Assembly: GCA_963819655.1 (NCBI GenBank)
Contig: CAWFXA010000002.1
Coordinates: forward strand, 96,001-160,000
Direction of reading: 5' to 3'
DNA from: an uncultured Chloroflexia bacterium
GTDB lineage: Bacteria > Chloroflexota > Limnocylindria > Limnocylindrales > CSP1-4
Length of the DNA stretch: 64,000 bases
Below the pieces are notes generated by a model. It was not told the DNA's origin. It made no database searches and was given only the letters and a program-made list of their open reading frames with translations. Position 1 is the first letter of the stretch. Every line of letters starts with the position of its first letter. The position numbers and the translations under genes were made by a program. Shown here piece after piece: positions 28,574 to 38,280 of this stretch.

Positions 28574-28629
28574 CCCGGCGCCCCGTCGCCCGCGCCCGGC
28601 GCCCCGACCCGCGCCCGGCGCCCCGACCC
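28574..28629. repeat. GC-rich tandem repeat, about 19-21 bp x3
   Basis: CCCGGCGCCCCG(A/T)C.. units at 28574, 28595 and 28614. Confidence 0.8.
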
Positions 28630-28818
28630 TGAAATACGCGCATCAGGACAACCCTATGTCGCCCGCGAAGCTGGTCGAGGTCGCGACGCGGGCGGGTTCG
28701 GCGCCGATGCTGCGATTTCGTTGCTTCCCACGCACGACTTCGACGCGGATGTGGGGCTCGACCGGTCGGCATCGACGAGGCGGTCAACATAAGGTCGTGG
28801 TGATGCGCGTTATGTCAG
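28629..28818. repeat. 190-bp element with imperfect terminal inverted repeats (MITE/REP-like, copy 1)
   Basis: Left CTGAAATACGCGCATCAGGACAACCCTATGT vs reverse complement of right CTGACATAACGCGCATCACCACGACCTTATGT. Confidence 0.7.
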
Positions 28819-28863
28819 TTCGCCGATCGGCGACGGCCGGCGCCTGACACTGGGCGCTGCCCG

Positions 28864-29256
28864 TCAGCAGGCTTGCGCGTCGCCGACCCACCACGCCGGC
28901 ACGCCGTTCCCTGTCGTGAGCGTGCCGTCTTCCGCCACGTCGACCCACATGACGAGCGCATTCTCCTCACCTGGAATACGGCCGAGCAGGCGTTGCGGCT
29001 GGCCGCCATCGCTGGGCGACCGATCGAACGACAGGAGCTCCGACCCGGCCGGACCGGTCAGGCACGCCACACCGATGTCGGCTCCGAAGCCGACGGTCTC
29101 CGGCGGATCGCCGATGGGCGTGACGCCGAACCACGCCATAGCCCGTCCCTCGTTCCGCCCGTAGAGGGTGAGCCTGCCCTGGGGTCGTGGATCGAAACCG
29201 GCGCACGCAGCCAGGATCATCAACGCGACGAAGAGCACGATCGCGCGGCGGACCAC
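28864..29256 (-). CDS. Hypothetical lipoprotein
   Basis: RR plus hydrophobic stretch and lipobox LAAC; GTG 6 nt after TACACT. Confidence 0.7.
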   Translation of the reverse strand: MVRRAIVLFVALMILAACAGFDPRPQGRLTLYGRNEGRAMAWFGVTPIGDPPETVGFGADIGVACLTGPAGSELLSFDRSPSDGGQPQRLLGRIPGEENALVMWVDVAEDGTLTTGNGVPAWWVGDAQAC

Positions 29257-29353
29257 CTGCTGAGTGTAGGTCGGTCCTGCACGGTGTCGCGACATCCCAG
29301 CCGCGCCTAGACCTAGACTGAGCGTCCCCGCAAGTAGCACTCGGAGGCCATCT

Positions 29354-30304
29354 GTGACCGACCTCAAGACCGGCATCCTGCTGTGGAGCCAGGGTGCCAC
29401 GTGGCCCGAGATGCTCGATGCGGCCAAGCGCGTCGACCGGCTGGGCTACGACCATGTCTGGACTTGGGACCACATCTACGCCATCTTCGGCGACCCGTAC
29501 CAGCCGATCGTCGAAGGTTGGACGACGCTTGCCGCCTGGGCGATGGCGACAGAGAAGGCACGGCTGGGACTGCTCGTCGGCGCGAACACGTTCCGTAACC
29601 CGGGTCTCACCGCGAAGCTGGCCGCGACGCTGGATCACATCAGCGACGGCCGGGCGATCCTGGGGATCGGCGGGGCGTGGTTCGAGCTCGAGCATACCGC
29701 CCACGGCATCGACTTCGGGTCCGGCTTCGGCCAGCGGCTCGACTGGATGGACGAGGCCGTCGCTGCGATGCGCACCGTGCTCGATGGCGGATCGGTCACC
29801 TCGCCCCCCGGCGGTCGCTATGCCTTCGACGACCTGCGCCACCAGCCCCTACCGGTCCAGCGCCGGCTGCCGATCATGATCGGTGGCAGCGGCGAGAAGA
29901 AGACGCTCCGGACCGTCGCCAGGTACGCGGACATGTGGAACGCGATGGGGCCGCTCGACGTGATGGCGCACAAGGTCGACGTGCTCAAGCGCCACTGCGA
30001 CGACGTCGGCCGCGATATCGCCGAGATCGAATTCACGCTCGGGGTGAAGTTCACGATCCGCGACAGCGAAGCCGAGGCCGATCGGGTCTGGAAGGCCAAT
30101 ATGGAGCACAACAAGACGCCGATGTCCGAGGTGGAGGACGACGACACGTTCTGGAACGGGACACCCGAGCAGCTGGCGGACAGGCTTCGCCCGTACGTCG
30201 ACCTCGGGTTCCGCACCGTCATCTCCGAGCAGCCGGCGCCATACGACGTCGAGACGTTCGAGCGGTTCATCGGCGAGGTGAAGCCGCTGATCGAGCAGGG
30301 CTAG
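29354..30304 (+). CDS. LLM-class flavin (possibly F420)-dependent oxidoreductase
   Basis: WTWDH, EGWTTL, FRNP..AK..TLDHISDGR..LGIG, PIMIGGSGEKKTL. Confidence 0.92.
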   Translation: MTDLKTGILLWSQGATWPEMLDAAKRVDRLGYDHVWTWDHIYAIFGDPYQPIVEGWTTLAAWAMATEKARLGLLVGANTFRNPGLTAKLAATLDHISDGRAILGIGGAWFELEHTAHGIDFGSGFGQRLDWMDEAVAAMRTVLDGGSVTSPPGGRYAFDDLRHQPLPVQRRLPIMIGGSGEKKTLRTVARYADMWNAMGPLDVMAHKVDVLKRHCDDVGRDIAEIEFTLGVKFTIRDSEAEADRVWKANMEHNKTPMSEVEDDDTFWNGTPEQLADRLRPYVDLGFRTVISEQPAPYDVETFERFIGEVKPLIEQG

Positions 30305-30442
30305 GAAGGCGTCCGCAGCGCGGCACCCGAGGACCAGGTTCGTGCCCTTATCGCCGAGGTCGAGCGCGTGGCGGAGATCCCGCGCGCGATCCATGAAGGC
30401 CCGCCGATCGAGGTGCACGGGAGGGTCGTCGCCCCCGCCTGA
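30305..30442 (+). pseudogene. Possible OsmC-like C-terminal gene remnant in frame after the LLM stop
   Basis: EGVRSAAPEDQVRALIAEVERVAEIPRAIHEGPPIEV with coding-like codons and no obvious start. Confidence 0.4.
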
Positions 30443-30476
30443 GCGGGCCGCTGGGCGCGCCCCGCCGCCCGATCCG

Positions 30477-31664
30477 TCAGGCGGCGACCGACCCCAGGAT
30501 CGCTCGTGCCTCGTCGAGCGACGGCAAGCGCGGCGAGTTCCGGATCGCGGCGTCGTCGATGGCGTCCTGCGCGACGACGTCGAGGGCGGCGTCGTCGAAG
30601 CCGAGGGCGGCCAGGCGGTGGCGCTGCCCGACACCCGCCAGGAACCGGCGCAGTTCGCCGATCGCCGCGCCCGCGGCGGTCGCCGGCTGCTCGGTCAAGC
30701 TGGCAGCCCGGATCGCGACCCCGACGAGCGCGAGCTCGCGATCACGCAACCCGGGCTCCGCCGCGTAGAACCCGAGAACTTCCGGCAATACGGCCGCGAG
30801 GGCCGTCCCATGCGCCAGCCGACCGCGCGTGCCGAGCGCGTGCCCGAGGGCGTGGATGAGCCCGACCCCCGTCCCGCTCGCCTGCCCGACCCCGGCCAGA
30901 TGCGCGGCCATGAGCATCTGCGACCGCGCCTCGAGGTCCGTGCCGTCGGCCACGGCCTGCGGCAGCCATTCAACGACGTTTCGGATAACGCCGAGGGCCG
31001 TCGTCTCAGCGAACGGGTTTCCGTTCCGCGACAGCAGCGATTCCAGGGAGTGCGTCAGCGCGTCGACGCCGGTCGCGGCAGTCACCCCGGCCGGCAACCC
31101 GACCGTCAGCCCCGGATCCAGAATGGTCGTGACCGGCAGCAGCGACCTGTGCCCGATGTAATCCTTGCGCCCGATCTCCTCGTGCGTGATGACCGCGAAC
31201 GGGTGGGCTTCGGAACCGGTCCCAGCCGTGGTCGGCACGGCGACGATCGGTCGGCCGGGTGCCAGCGTCGGCCCGTCGTACTCGATCTCCCACAGGGGTG
31301 TGTCGTTGGCAGCTCGGAGCGCGATCGCCTTGGCCGCGTCCATCGCGGATCCGCCGCCGAGTGCCACGACCACTGTCCCATCCAGGCCAAGGGCCCGCAG
31401 CGTCGTCGCGCCAAGCTCCACGGTCGCGCCGGACGGATTCGGCTCGACGCTGCTGAACATCGTGGTCTCGATCGAGGCGGCATCGAGGACGTCGAGCGCA
31501 TCGGCGGCGATACCCGCGACGACGACCCCCGGATCGGTCACGAGGAAGGCCCGCGAGCCACCGGCTGCCTCAACCAGCTCGGGGAGTCGCCGCAGCGAAC
31601 CGACCCCGAACACGACCCGGTTGCGCAGCGTGATCTCGATCTCGCGATCGGCCAGTCGGGTCAC
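30477..31664 (-). CDS. Iron-containing alcohol dehydrogenase (GbsB-like candidate)
   Basis: VEPNP, GGGSAMD, PTTAGTGSE, metal ligands DALTH..H..HG. Confidence 0.92.
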   Translation of the reverse strand: MTRLADREIEITLRNRVVFGVGSLRRLPELVEAAGGSRAFLVTDPGVVVAGIAADALDVLDAASIETTMFSSVEPNPSGATVELGATTLRALGLDGTVVVALGGGSAMDAAKAIALRAANDTPLWEIEYDGPTLAPGRPIVAVPTTAGTGSEAHPFAVITHEEIGRKDYIGHRSLLPVTTILDPGLTVGLPAGVTAATGVDALTHSLESLLSRNGNPFAETTALGVIRNVVEWLPQAVADGTDLEARSQMLMAAHLAGVGQASGTGVGLIHALGHALGTRGRLAHGTALAAVLPEVLGFYAAEPGLRDRELALVGVAIRAASLTEQPATAAGAAIGELRRFLAGVGQRHRLAALGFDDAALDVVAQDAIDDAAIRNSPRLPSLDEARAILGSVAA

Positions 31665-31906
31665 GGTAGGACCTCGAGCACCTGGTCGATGCTCGTGTCG
31701 CGCCGCACGGTCAGCCAGCGTCGGCAGCCGTGGGCGTGGAACCAACGCTCGGTGGTCTGGCCATCGGGGTTCTCGAACACCCAGACCTCGTCGTAATCCC
31801 GCTCGTCGGGATCGGTGATGGAGTTCGGGACCACACGGCGTTCGCCGCCGAACGTGAACTCCTCGAGCGGCCGCCGACCGCAGCGCGGGCAATCGAGCCA
31901 GAGCAT
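31661..31906 (-). CDS. soxD: Sarcosine oxidase delta-type subunit
   Basis: CPRCG.R..EF.FGGE and ERWFH..GC..W..RDT zinc motif. Confidence 0.9.
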   Translation of the reverse strand: MLWLDCPRCGRRPLEEFTFGGERRVVPNSITDPDERDYDEVWVFENPDGQTTERWFHAHGCRRWLTVRRDTSIDQVLEVLP

Positions 31907-33129
31907 CAGCGCGTCCCCGCCGAGCCCTGGTCGGCGATCGCGTGGTCGCGCCGGAATCGATCGAGGGCGAACGGCGCGATGAGAGCCGGCGTGCGGCCCG
32001 TGGCGATCAATTCGGCCATCGCCTCGCCGCCGGCGGGGATCGCCTTGAAGCCCCACGTCCCCCAGCCGGTCGTCACGAGGAACCCGTCGACGCCGGTGAA
32101 GCCCATGATCGGCGAGAAATCGACCGAGATGTCGCAGATGCCGGCCCACGTCCGCAGGATCCGCAGGTCGCGCAGGAACGGCAGGATGCGCGTGACCTTG
32201 TGGGCGTACCCGCGCAGGGCGGCGAACGACGACTGGCGCGAGTACGAGGGTTGTGCGTCGAATTCCGCCCCGATCAGCATCTGCCCCCGCTCGGTCTGGG
32301 ACACGTAGCACATGAGCTCGGTGCTCGCGACGATCGGGCCGAACCCCTGCGCGTAGTCGTTGGTGACGAACGCATGGAGCGGGTGTGTCCGGACCGGCAG
32401 TCGAAGGCCTGCCTGTGCAGCCAGTGCGCTGACACGCCCGCCGACCGCCGACAGCACGATGCCCGCGGCGATCTGGCCGCGCGGCGTCTCGACGCCGACG
32501 ACGCGATCGCCATCCCGGAGGAGACCGGTCACCGGCGTGTGCTGGATGACATGGACGCCACGACGGGCGGCACCCGCCGCGTAGGCCCATGCCACCCGGT
32601 CGTGGCGCGCGGTGGCCGCCTCGAGGTGGTGGGAGGCGCCCAGAACGGGGTATCTGCGCCCACCGGTCAGGTCGATCTGAGGGACGAGCTCCTTGATCTC
32701 GGCCGGAGTCACCATCACGGTCTTGGCGCCGACCGCGGTGTTCATCGCCGCCCGAGCGCGCTCGGTCCGCAGAGCCATCTCCGTGTGGGCGATCCAGAAG
32801 ATGCCCTTCGTCTGGTGGAGGATCGCCGCGCCGACCTCGTCCTCCAAGTCGCGATACATCTCCAGCGAGTGCTGGTAGAAGCGGATCGCCTCGGGCAGGC
32901 CGTAGTTGGCGCGGATGATCGTCGTGTTCCGACCGGTGTTCCCGGACGCGATGTAGTCGGCTTCGAGGACCGCGACGTTCGTTATGCCATGGCGGGTCGC
33001 CAGGTAATACGCGGTCGACAGGCCATGCCCGCCGCCACCGATGATCACCACGTCGTAGGCATCCCGCGGTTCATCCCAGCGCAGGCTGGGCAGCGTCGCG
33101 ACGTAGCCCGCGGCGACTCCGCTCTTCAC
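31906..33129 (-). CDS. soxB: Sarcosine oxidase beta-type subunit
   Basis: IGGGGHGL.TAYYLA, GNTGRNTTIIRANY, ARHD.VAW, GWGTWGFKA. Confidence 0.92.
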   Translation of the reverse strand: MKSGVAAGYVATLPSLRWDEPRDAYDVVIIGGGGHGLSTAYYLATRHGITNVAVLEADYIASGNTGRNTTIIRANYGLPEAIRFYQHSLEMYRDLEDEVGAAILHQTKGIFWIAHTEMALRTERARAAMNTAVGAKTVMVTPAEIKELVPQIDLTGGRRYPVLGASHHLEAATARHDRVAWAYAAGAARRGVHVIQHTPVTGLLRDGDRVVGVETPRGQIAAGIVLSAVGGRVSALAAQAGLRLPVRTHPLHAFVTNDYAQGFGPIVASTELMCYVSQTERGQMLIGAEFDAQPSYSRQSSFAALRGYAHKVTRILPFLRDLRILRTWAGICDISVDFSPIMGFTGVDGFLVTTGWGTWGFKAIPAGGEAMAELIATGRTPALIAPFALDRFRRDHAIADQGSAGTR

Positions 33130-33533
33130 GCCGGCACCGGCAATCGGCTCAAGAGGTCGTCCAGATAGGCGGCGAGGACGAAGACCGTCGCCGCGCCGGT
33201 CGAGTCGATATAGAGCTTGGCCGGGACGCCGGCGATGGAGCCCTGAGCGAACGCCGGGCGCGTGGCGGGCGCCGGCCATTCGATGCGGGGCACGACGAAG
33301 TCGATGAACTCGTCGACCGGGAACATCATCGCGACGTACCCGACCTCGGCCTCGGTGATGGCGTCGGGGTCGTCGATGCGGACGCCGGTCGCCCCGATCG
33401 CGAAAGCCTCGTCGGGCGCGAACCGCAGGACCAGCGGCTCGAAATGCTCCCGACCGGGGCCGGCGTCCTGCCACTCGGCGGATTCGATCGCCTCGGGTGA
33501 CGCGACGACCCGGACGCCCGGCGCCTTAAGCAC
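33126..33533 (-). CDS. Short sarcosine oxidase gamma-like subunit
   Basis: LRFAPDE motif, AQG.IAGVP, position between alpha and beta. Confidence 0.65.
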   Translation of the reverse strand: MLKAPGVRVVASPEAIESAEWQDAGPGREHFEPLVLRFAPDEAFAIGATGVRIDDPDAITEAEVGYVAMMFPVDEFIDFVVPRIEWPAPATRPAFAQGSIAGVPAKLYIDSTGAATVFVLAAYLDDLLSRLPVPA

Positions 33534-35781
33534 GTGCACGGTGGCCCTCCGGGTCATAGAACGGGGTCGGCGTGACGACGGCTTCGCGACCATCGATCTC
33601 GACCGTCTCGGCGAACGGCAGCCGCTTGAGCCAGCCGAGCATCACGGTCTTCTCCAGGATCGGCGATGCCCAGCTGCCCGAGATATGGCCGACGATCTCG
33701 CCGTCGACGAAGATCGGGGAGCCCTCGATCGGCGCCTGCCCCTCCATCGTGAAGCCCCGCAGACGGCGGTGGTCGGGCTGCTTCGCGGTCCGCTCGAGCG
33801 CCGCGCGGCCGATGAACGCCGGCTTGTCCATGCGGACCGCCCAGGGCATGCCGACCCGCCGCGGCGTGGTGTCGAGCTCGGTGTCCATCCCCACGATCAC
33901 GTGGCCCTTCTCGAGCCGCAGCCCGAACAGCGCCTTGAGCCCGTGCGGGCGGATACCCCACTCCTCCCCCATCGACAACAACGCCCGCCACAGCTCCACC
34001 GACCGGTCGACCGGATGGTGCAGCTCCCACGACGCCTCGCCGGTGAACGATAGCCGCATGACGTGGCACGGGACGCCCGCCACGTCGGCGTGGACGTGGC
34101 CGAGGAACGCGGGCGGGTCGGCCAGACCGGCGCGCTGCAGGAGCTGGCCGGCGAGCGGCCCCGTGACGTTGATCGCGGCCACGGACATCGTGCGGTCCAT
34201 CACGTGGACGCGGAGGCCCCACTCGTCGACCCAGTCGCGGAGCCACATCTCGGCGTTCGCGGCGCCACCCGAGGTGAAAGTCAACACGAACCGGGTCTCG
34301 GCTTCGCGCAGGATCATCCCGTCGTCCATGATGTGGCCGCGTTCGTTGAGCAGCAGCGCGTAGCGCGAGCGGCCCGGCCGGATGTCAGCGACGTGGCAGG
34401 GGTACAGCCGCTCGAGGAACTCCACGGCGTCGGGCCCCGACACGACGACCTTGCCGAGCGTGCTCACGTCGCCGACCGACACGCCCTCTCGGACGCTCCA
34501 GTACTCGGCGATGGCGTCACCGTAGTGCCACGGTCGCCACCAGTTCCCGAACCGGTCGAGCCGCCCGCCGAGCGCGAGGTGCTCGTCGTGGAGGGGCGTT
34601 CGCCGGAACACGTCCACCTGGGTGTCCGCGGCGGCCTCGGCCAGCGTGATCTGGCGCGACGCCGGGCGCGCGGTGAAGGGTGCCGGCACCTCGCCGGTCC
34701 GTGCCGCGATCCACGCGCGCACTTGCGGCAGGCACGCGCTGCCCTGGCACGTGCCCAGACAAGCAAGGCTGGCTCGCTTGAGCAGCTCGAGCTCCTGGAA
34801 GCCGCGATCCCAGGCTGCCTGCAGGTCATCGACCGTGGTCCCCGAGCAGGGGCAGACGATGCCGGCCGTCGGGGCGGGGGGCAGGGCAGTCACTTGCACC
34901 GCCGCTCCCACGACGCTGAGTGGCAGTTCGCCGGCCATCCGCGCAAGCACGTCGCGCGGTGCGAACCCGAGCCCGACGACGACGGTGTCGCACGGCGTCG
35001 TGGTCTCCGCCCCGATCCAGTCGTCGGCCGTCACGACCGCCCGGACACGACCTTGCTCATCGCCTTCGAGCCGGATGAGCTGGCCGGCAACCGGGATGCA
35101 CGGCACGCCGACGGGTGGCGTCCCGACGGCGATCGCCGCGCCCATGTCCACGCCTGCCGCAAACAGTCGCTGTGCGGCGCGGGAGGTCACGATGCCCTCG
35201 AGGTCGCTGCCCGGGACGACCGGGTGGAGCTCCGCCGCGCCAGTGGCGACGACGATCTCCTGGGCATGGACGTGGAGCATAAGCGTCGGTGTCCGGACGA
35301 CGAGCAGCGGGCCTGGGTAGACGCCGACGACCTCGTCGCCGCCCTCGGCATCGAGGAGGAGGACCCGCTTGCCGGCGCGCTCCGCGGTCGAGGCCGCCTC
35401 GCGGCCGCTGTCACCCGCCCCGATCACCGCGACATCGATCTCGGCGCGCAGGACCTCGATGTCGGGGCCCGACAGCGACGCGGACAGGTCCGCACCCGAG
35501 ATGGTCGGCAGCGGCGGCAGACCGTCGGGTGGATGCCGGACGACGGCCAACCCCGGCCGCGCGCGTTCCTGGCAGGTCCGGATGTATGCCACACCGTTGA
35601 CCTGGGCGAGGCAGTTCCCGCAGTCGCCGCTCAGGCACAGCGTCCCGCCGCCGGCCGGCGTGACCCCGGTCCGGAGGATCGCCAGCGCCACGGACTCACC
35701 GGGCTCGAATGCCACCGGGCGCCCGTCGACGACGATGCGCCCGGCGTCGGCCGAGGCACCCGTCTTGGACCGGTCGGTCAC
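33526..35781 (-). CDS. Sarcosine oxidase alpha-like subunit: 2Fe-2S, short Rossmann, BFD-like and GcvT folate domains
   Basis: CLSGDCGNC..C, IGAGDSG, CPC..C..CQGSAC, DVSTLGK, SFTGE..E, LRLEKG. Confidence 0.88.
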   Translation of the reverse strand: MTDRSKTGASADAGRIVVDGRPVAFEPGESVALAILRTGVTPAGGGTLCLSGDCGNCLAQVNGVAYIRTCQERARPGLAVVRHPPDGLPPLPTISGADLSASLSGPDIEVLRAEIDVAVIGAGDSGREAASTAERAGKRVLLLDAEGGDEVVGVYPGPLLVVRTPTLMLHVHAQEIVVATGAAELHPVVPGSDLEGIVTSRAAQRLFAAGVDMGAAIAVGTPPVGVPCIPVAGQLIRLEGDEQGRVRAVVTADDWIGAETTTPCDTVVVGLGFAPRDVLARMAGELPLSVVGAAVQVTALPPAPTAGIVCPCSGTTVDDLQAAWDRGFQELELLKRASLACLGTCQGSACLPQVRAWIAARTGEVPAPFTARPASRQITLAEAAADTQVDVFRRTPLHDEHLALGGRLDRFGNWWRPWHYGDAIAEYWSVREGVSVGDVSTLGKVVVSGPDAVEFLERLYPCHVADIRPGRSRYALLLNERGHIMDDGMILREAETRFVLTFTSGGAANAEMWLRDWVDEWGLRVHVMDRTMSVAAINVTGPLAGQLLQRAGLADPPAFLGHVHADVAGVPCHVMRLSFTGEASWELHHPVDRSVELWRALLSMGEEWGIRPHGLKALFGLRLEKGHVIVGMDTELDTTPRRVGMPWAVRMDKPAFIGRAALERTAKQPDHRRLRGFTMEGQAPIEGSPIFVDGEIVGHISGSWASPILEKTVMLGWLKRLPFAETVEIDGREAVVTPTPFYDPEGHRARA

Positions 35782-38246
35782 TGGCGCATCCTTGCGCCAG
35801 TCGGGTCGAACAGCGGCTCGGGCTGCAGCCGCGCCGGGCGGCGATTCCCGATGATCTCGATCTCGAAGCCGCTCCCGCCGGGGCCGTCGGGCGTCGCGAG
35901 CTCGGTCGGCACGTAGCCAAGGGCGAGTGACGCCTTCACGTGATGGAGATACCCACCCGACGTGACCCAGCCGACGACCTTCCCGTCGTGCCAGACCGGC
36001 TCATCACCGATGACATCGGCCGGGTCGTCCGGGTCCGGCTCGACGACGAATGCCACCAGCCGGCGCTTGGGGCCGCCGCCGCCGAGCTCGGCCTCATGCG
36101 CGGCGCGACCGATGAAGTCGTGGTCGAGCTTGATGTACCGGGTGATGCCACCTTCGGCCGGGGTATAGATCGGGCGGTACTCGCGGAACCACGTCCCGTA
36201 GTTCTTCTCCAGTCGAAGCGACATCAGGGCACGCATGCCGAACAGGCGCAGCCCATGCGACTCGCCGGCCTCGATGATCCGGTCGAACAGCGCGCGCTGG
36301 CGTTCCGGGGCGACCCACAGCTCGTAGCCCAGATCGCCCGAGTAGTTGATCCGCGCCACGTGTGCCGGGACCATGCCGAGTTCGACGTGGCGGAACGTCA
36401 TGAACGGGAAGGCCTCGGTCGACAGGTCGAGATCGGGGGCGACAGCGCTGAGGACATCGCGGGCCCGCGGCCCCGTGATCGACAGCCCGGTCAGCCCCAG
36501 CCCGAGCACCTCGAACCGCACCGAACCGTCGTCCGGCAGGTGGTGGCGGAACCAGCGCGAGTGGTGGACCTCGGCCGGGAGGGAGCCGAACAGGTAGAAC
36601 TCGTCGGCGTCCGAGGCGCGAGCGACCGTGAACTCGCCGACCATCCGCCCCGCCTCGTTGAGCATCGCGGTCAGCGTGATCCGCCCAGGGGCCGGCATGC
36701 GCTGCGTCAACAGCGATGACAGCCACGACTCGGCACCGGGACCTGTGACGCGGTACTTCGCGTAGTTCGAGATCTCGGTCATCCCGACCCGCTCGCGGAC
36801 CGCGGCGACCTCCTCGGCGACGCACTCCCACGCGTTCGAGCGGCGGAAGGTCACGTCCTCCTTCGGCTCAAGTCCGGCCATCTGGAACCACAGAGCGTGC
36901 TCGAGTCCGAAGGTCGCGCCCCACACCGCGTTGGCATGCATGAGCCGGTCGTAGATCGGCGTCGTCAGGAGCGGTCGGGCGGCCGGCAGCTCCTCATTCG
37001 GGAACGTGATCCGGAACCGGCGCCGGTAGTTCTCCTGGACCTTGGCGTTCGTATAGCCGAGCGTCGCGTAGTCGCCGTACCGCGCGACATCCATCGCCCA
37101 GATATCCATGCCGCTGTCGCCGTCGTCGCCGGCGGTCATCCAGTTCGCCAGCGCGAGCCCGACGCCACCACCCTGCGACAGCCCGGCCATGACGGCGCAG
37201 GCGACCCAGTACCCGCGCAGGCCGCGGATCGGCCCGACGAGAGGATTGCCGTCGGGCGAGAAGGTGAACGGGCCGTTGACGACGCGGCGGATGCCGACCG
37301 TGTGCATCGGCGGGTAGTGCTTGAACGCGACCGACAGCTCCGGCGTGATGCGGTCGAGCTGGGGCTTGAGCAGCTGCGACCCGAAGTCCCACGGCGTCTC
37401 GCGCGGCGACCACGGCACGCACGCCTGCTCGTACGTGCCCATCAGCATCGCGCCACCTTCCTGGCGGATGTAGATCTCGCCGGCGAAGTCGAGCGCCATC
37501 GGCATCTCGCGGCCGGTCTTGGCGACCTGCGCGGCGACTTCGGGCATGTCCTCGGTGATGAGGTAGTGGTGCTCCATCGCCAGCACAGGTAGCTCGATCC
37601 CGACCATCCGGCCGACCTCGCGCGCCCACAGGCCTCCGGCGTTGACGACGTGCTCTGTGTGGATCGACTCGCCGTTCTCGAGGCGCACGTCCCACGTGCC
37701 ATCCGCCCGCTGCTCCAGGGCGGTTACCGGCGTGTGCTGGTGAACCTCTGCCCCGGCTTGCTGCGCGCATTTCACGTACGCGCGCGTGACCCCGGTCGGA
37801 TCGACGTGTCCCTCGACCGGGTCGTACAGCGCACCGACGAAGTACTGCGGGTCCATGAGCGGGAACATGTCGGCCGCCTCCTGGGCCGAGATGAGCTCGA
37901 GGTCCATGCCGAGATAGCGGCCACGGGCGACGGCCATCCGCAGGAAGTCCATGCGGACCTCGGTGTCGGCCAGCATCAACCCGCCCGGCAGGTGGATCGA
38001 GCAGTCCTGGCCGGACTGCCGCTCGATCTCCTCGTACAGCTGGATCGTGTACTGCTGGAGCCGCGCCACATTCGGGTCGCCGTTGAGCGTGTGCATCCCG
38101 CCCGCCGCGTGCCAGGTCGAGCCTGCGGTCAGCTCGCGCCGCTCGAGCAGCATGACGTCGGTCCAGCCCGCCTTGGTCAGGTGGTACAGGACGCTGGCGC
38201 CGACGACGCCGCCACCGATGACGACGACCTGGGTGTCTTTCTTCAC
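35778..38246 (-). CDS. Dimethylglycine dehydrogenase-like FAD/GcvT protein
   Basis: IGGGVVG..LYHL, LTAGSTWHAAG, NGPFTFSPDG.P, YSGDLGYE, SLRLEK. Confidence 0.92.
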   Translation of the reverse strand: MKKDTQVVVIGGGVVGASVLYHLTKAGWTDVMLLERRELTAGSTWHAAGGMHTLNGDPNVARLQQYTIQLYEEIERQSGQDCSIHLPGGLMLADTEVRMDFLRMAVARGRYLGMDLELISAQEAADMFPLMDPQYFVGALYDPVEGHVDPTGVTRAYVKCAQQAGAEVHQHTPVTALEQRADGTWDVRLENGESIHTEHVVNAGGLWAREVGRMVGIELPVLAMEHHYLITEDMPEVAAQVAKTGREMPMALDFAGEIYIRQEGGAMLMGTYEQACVPWSPRETPWDFGSQLLKPQLDRITPELSVAFKHYPPMHTVGIRRVVNGPFTFSPDGNPLVGPIRGLRGYWVACAVMAGLSQGGGVGLALANWMTAGDDGDSGMDIWAMDVARYGDYATLGYTNAKVQENYRRRFRITFPNEELPAARPLLTTPIYDRLMHANAVWGATFGLEHALWFQMAGLEPKEDVTFRRSNAWECVAEEVAAVRERVGMTEISNYAKYRVTGPGAESWLSSLLTQRMPAPGRITLTAMLNEAGRMVGEFTVARASDADEFYLFGSLPAEVHHSRWFRHHLPDDGSVRFEVLGLGLTGLSITGPRARDVLSAVAPDLDLSTEAFPFMTFRHVELGMVPAHVARINYSGDLGYELWVAPERQRALFDRIIEAGESHGLRLFGMRALMSLRLEKNYGTWFREYRPIYTPAEGGITRYIKLDHDFIGRAAHEAELGGGGPKRRLVAFVVEPDPDDPADVIGDEPVWHDGKVVGWVTSGGYLHHVKASLALGYVPTELATPDGPGGSGFEIEIIGNRRPARLQPEPLFDPTGARMRQ

Positions 38247-38280
38247 GCGATCCTCTCGAGCGGTTTCTGCGGCGGTCCGG

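Noticed and set aside
28574-28629. Possible mini-CRISPR
   Set aside because: Repeats abut without unique spacers and no cas genes are present
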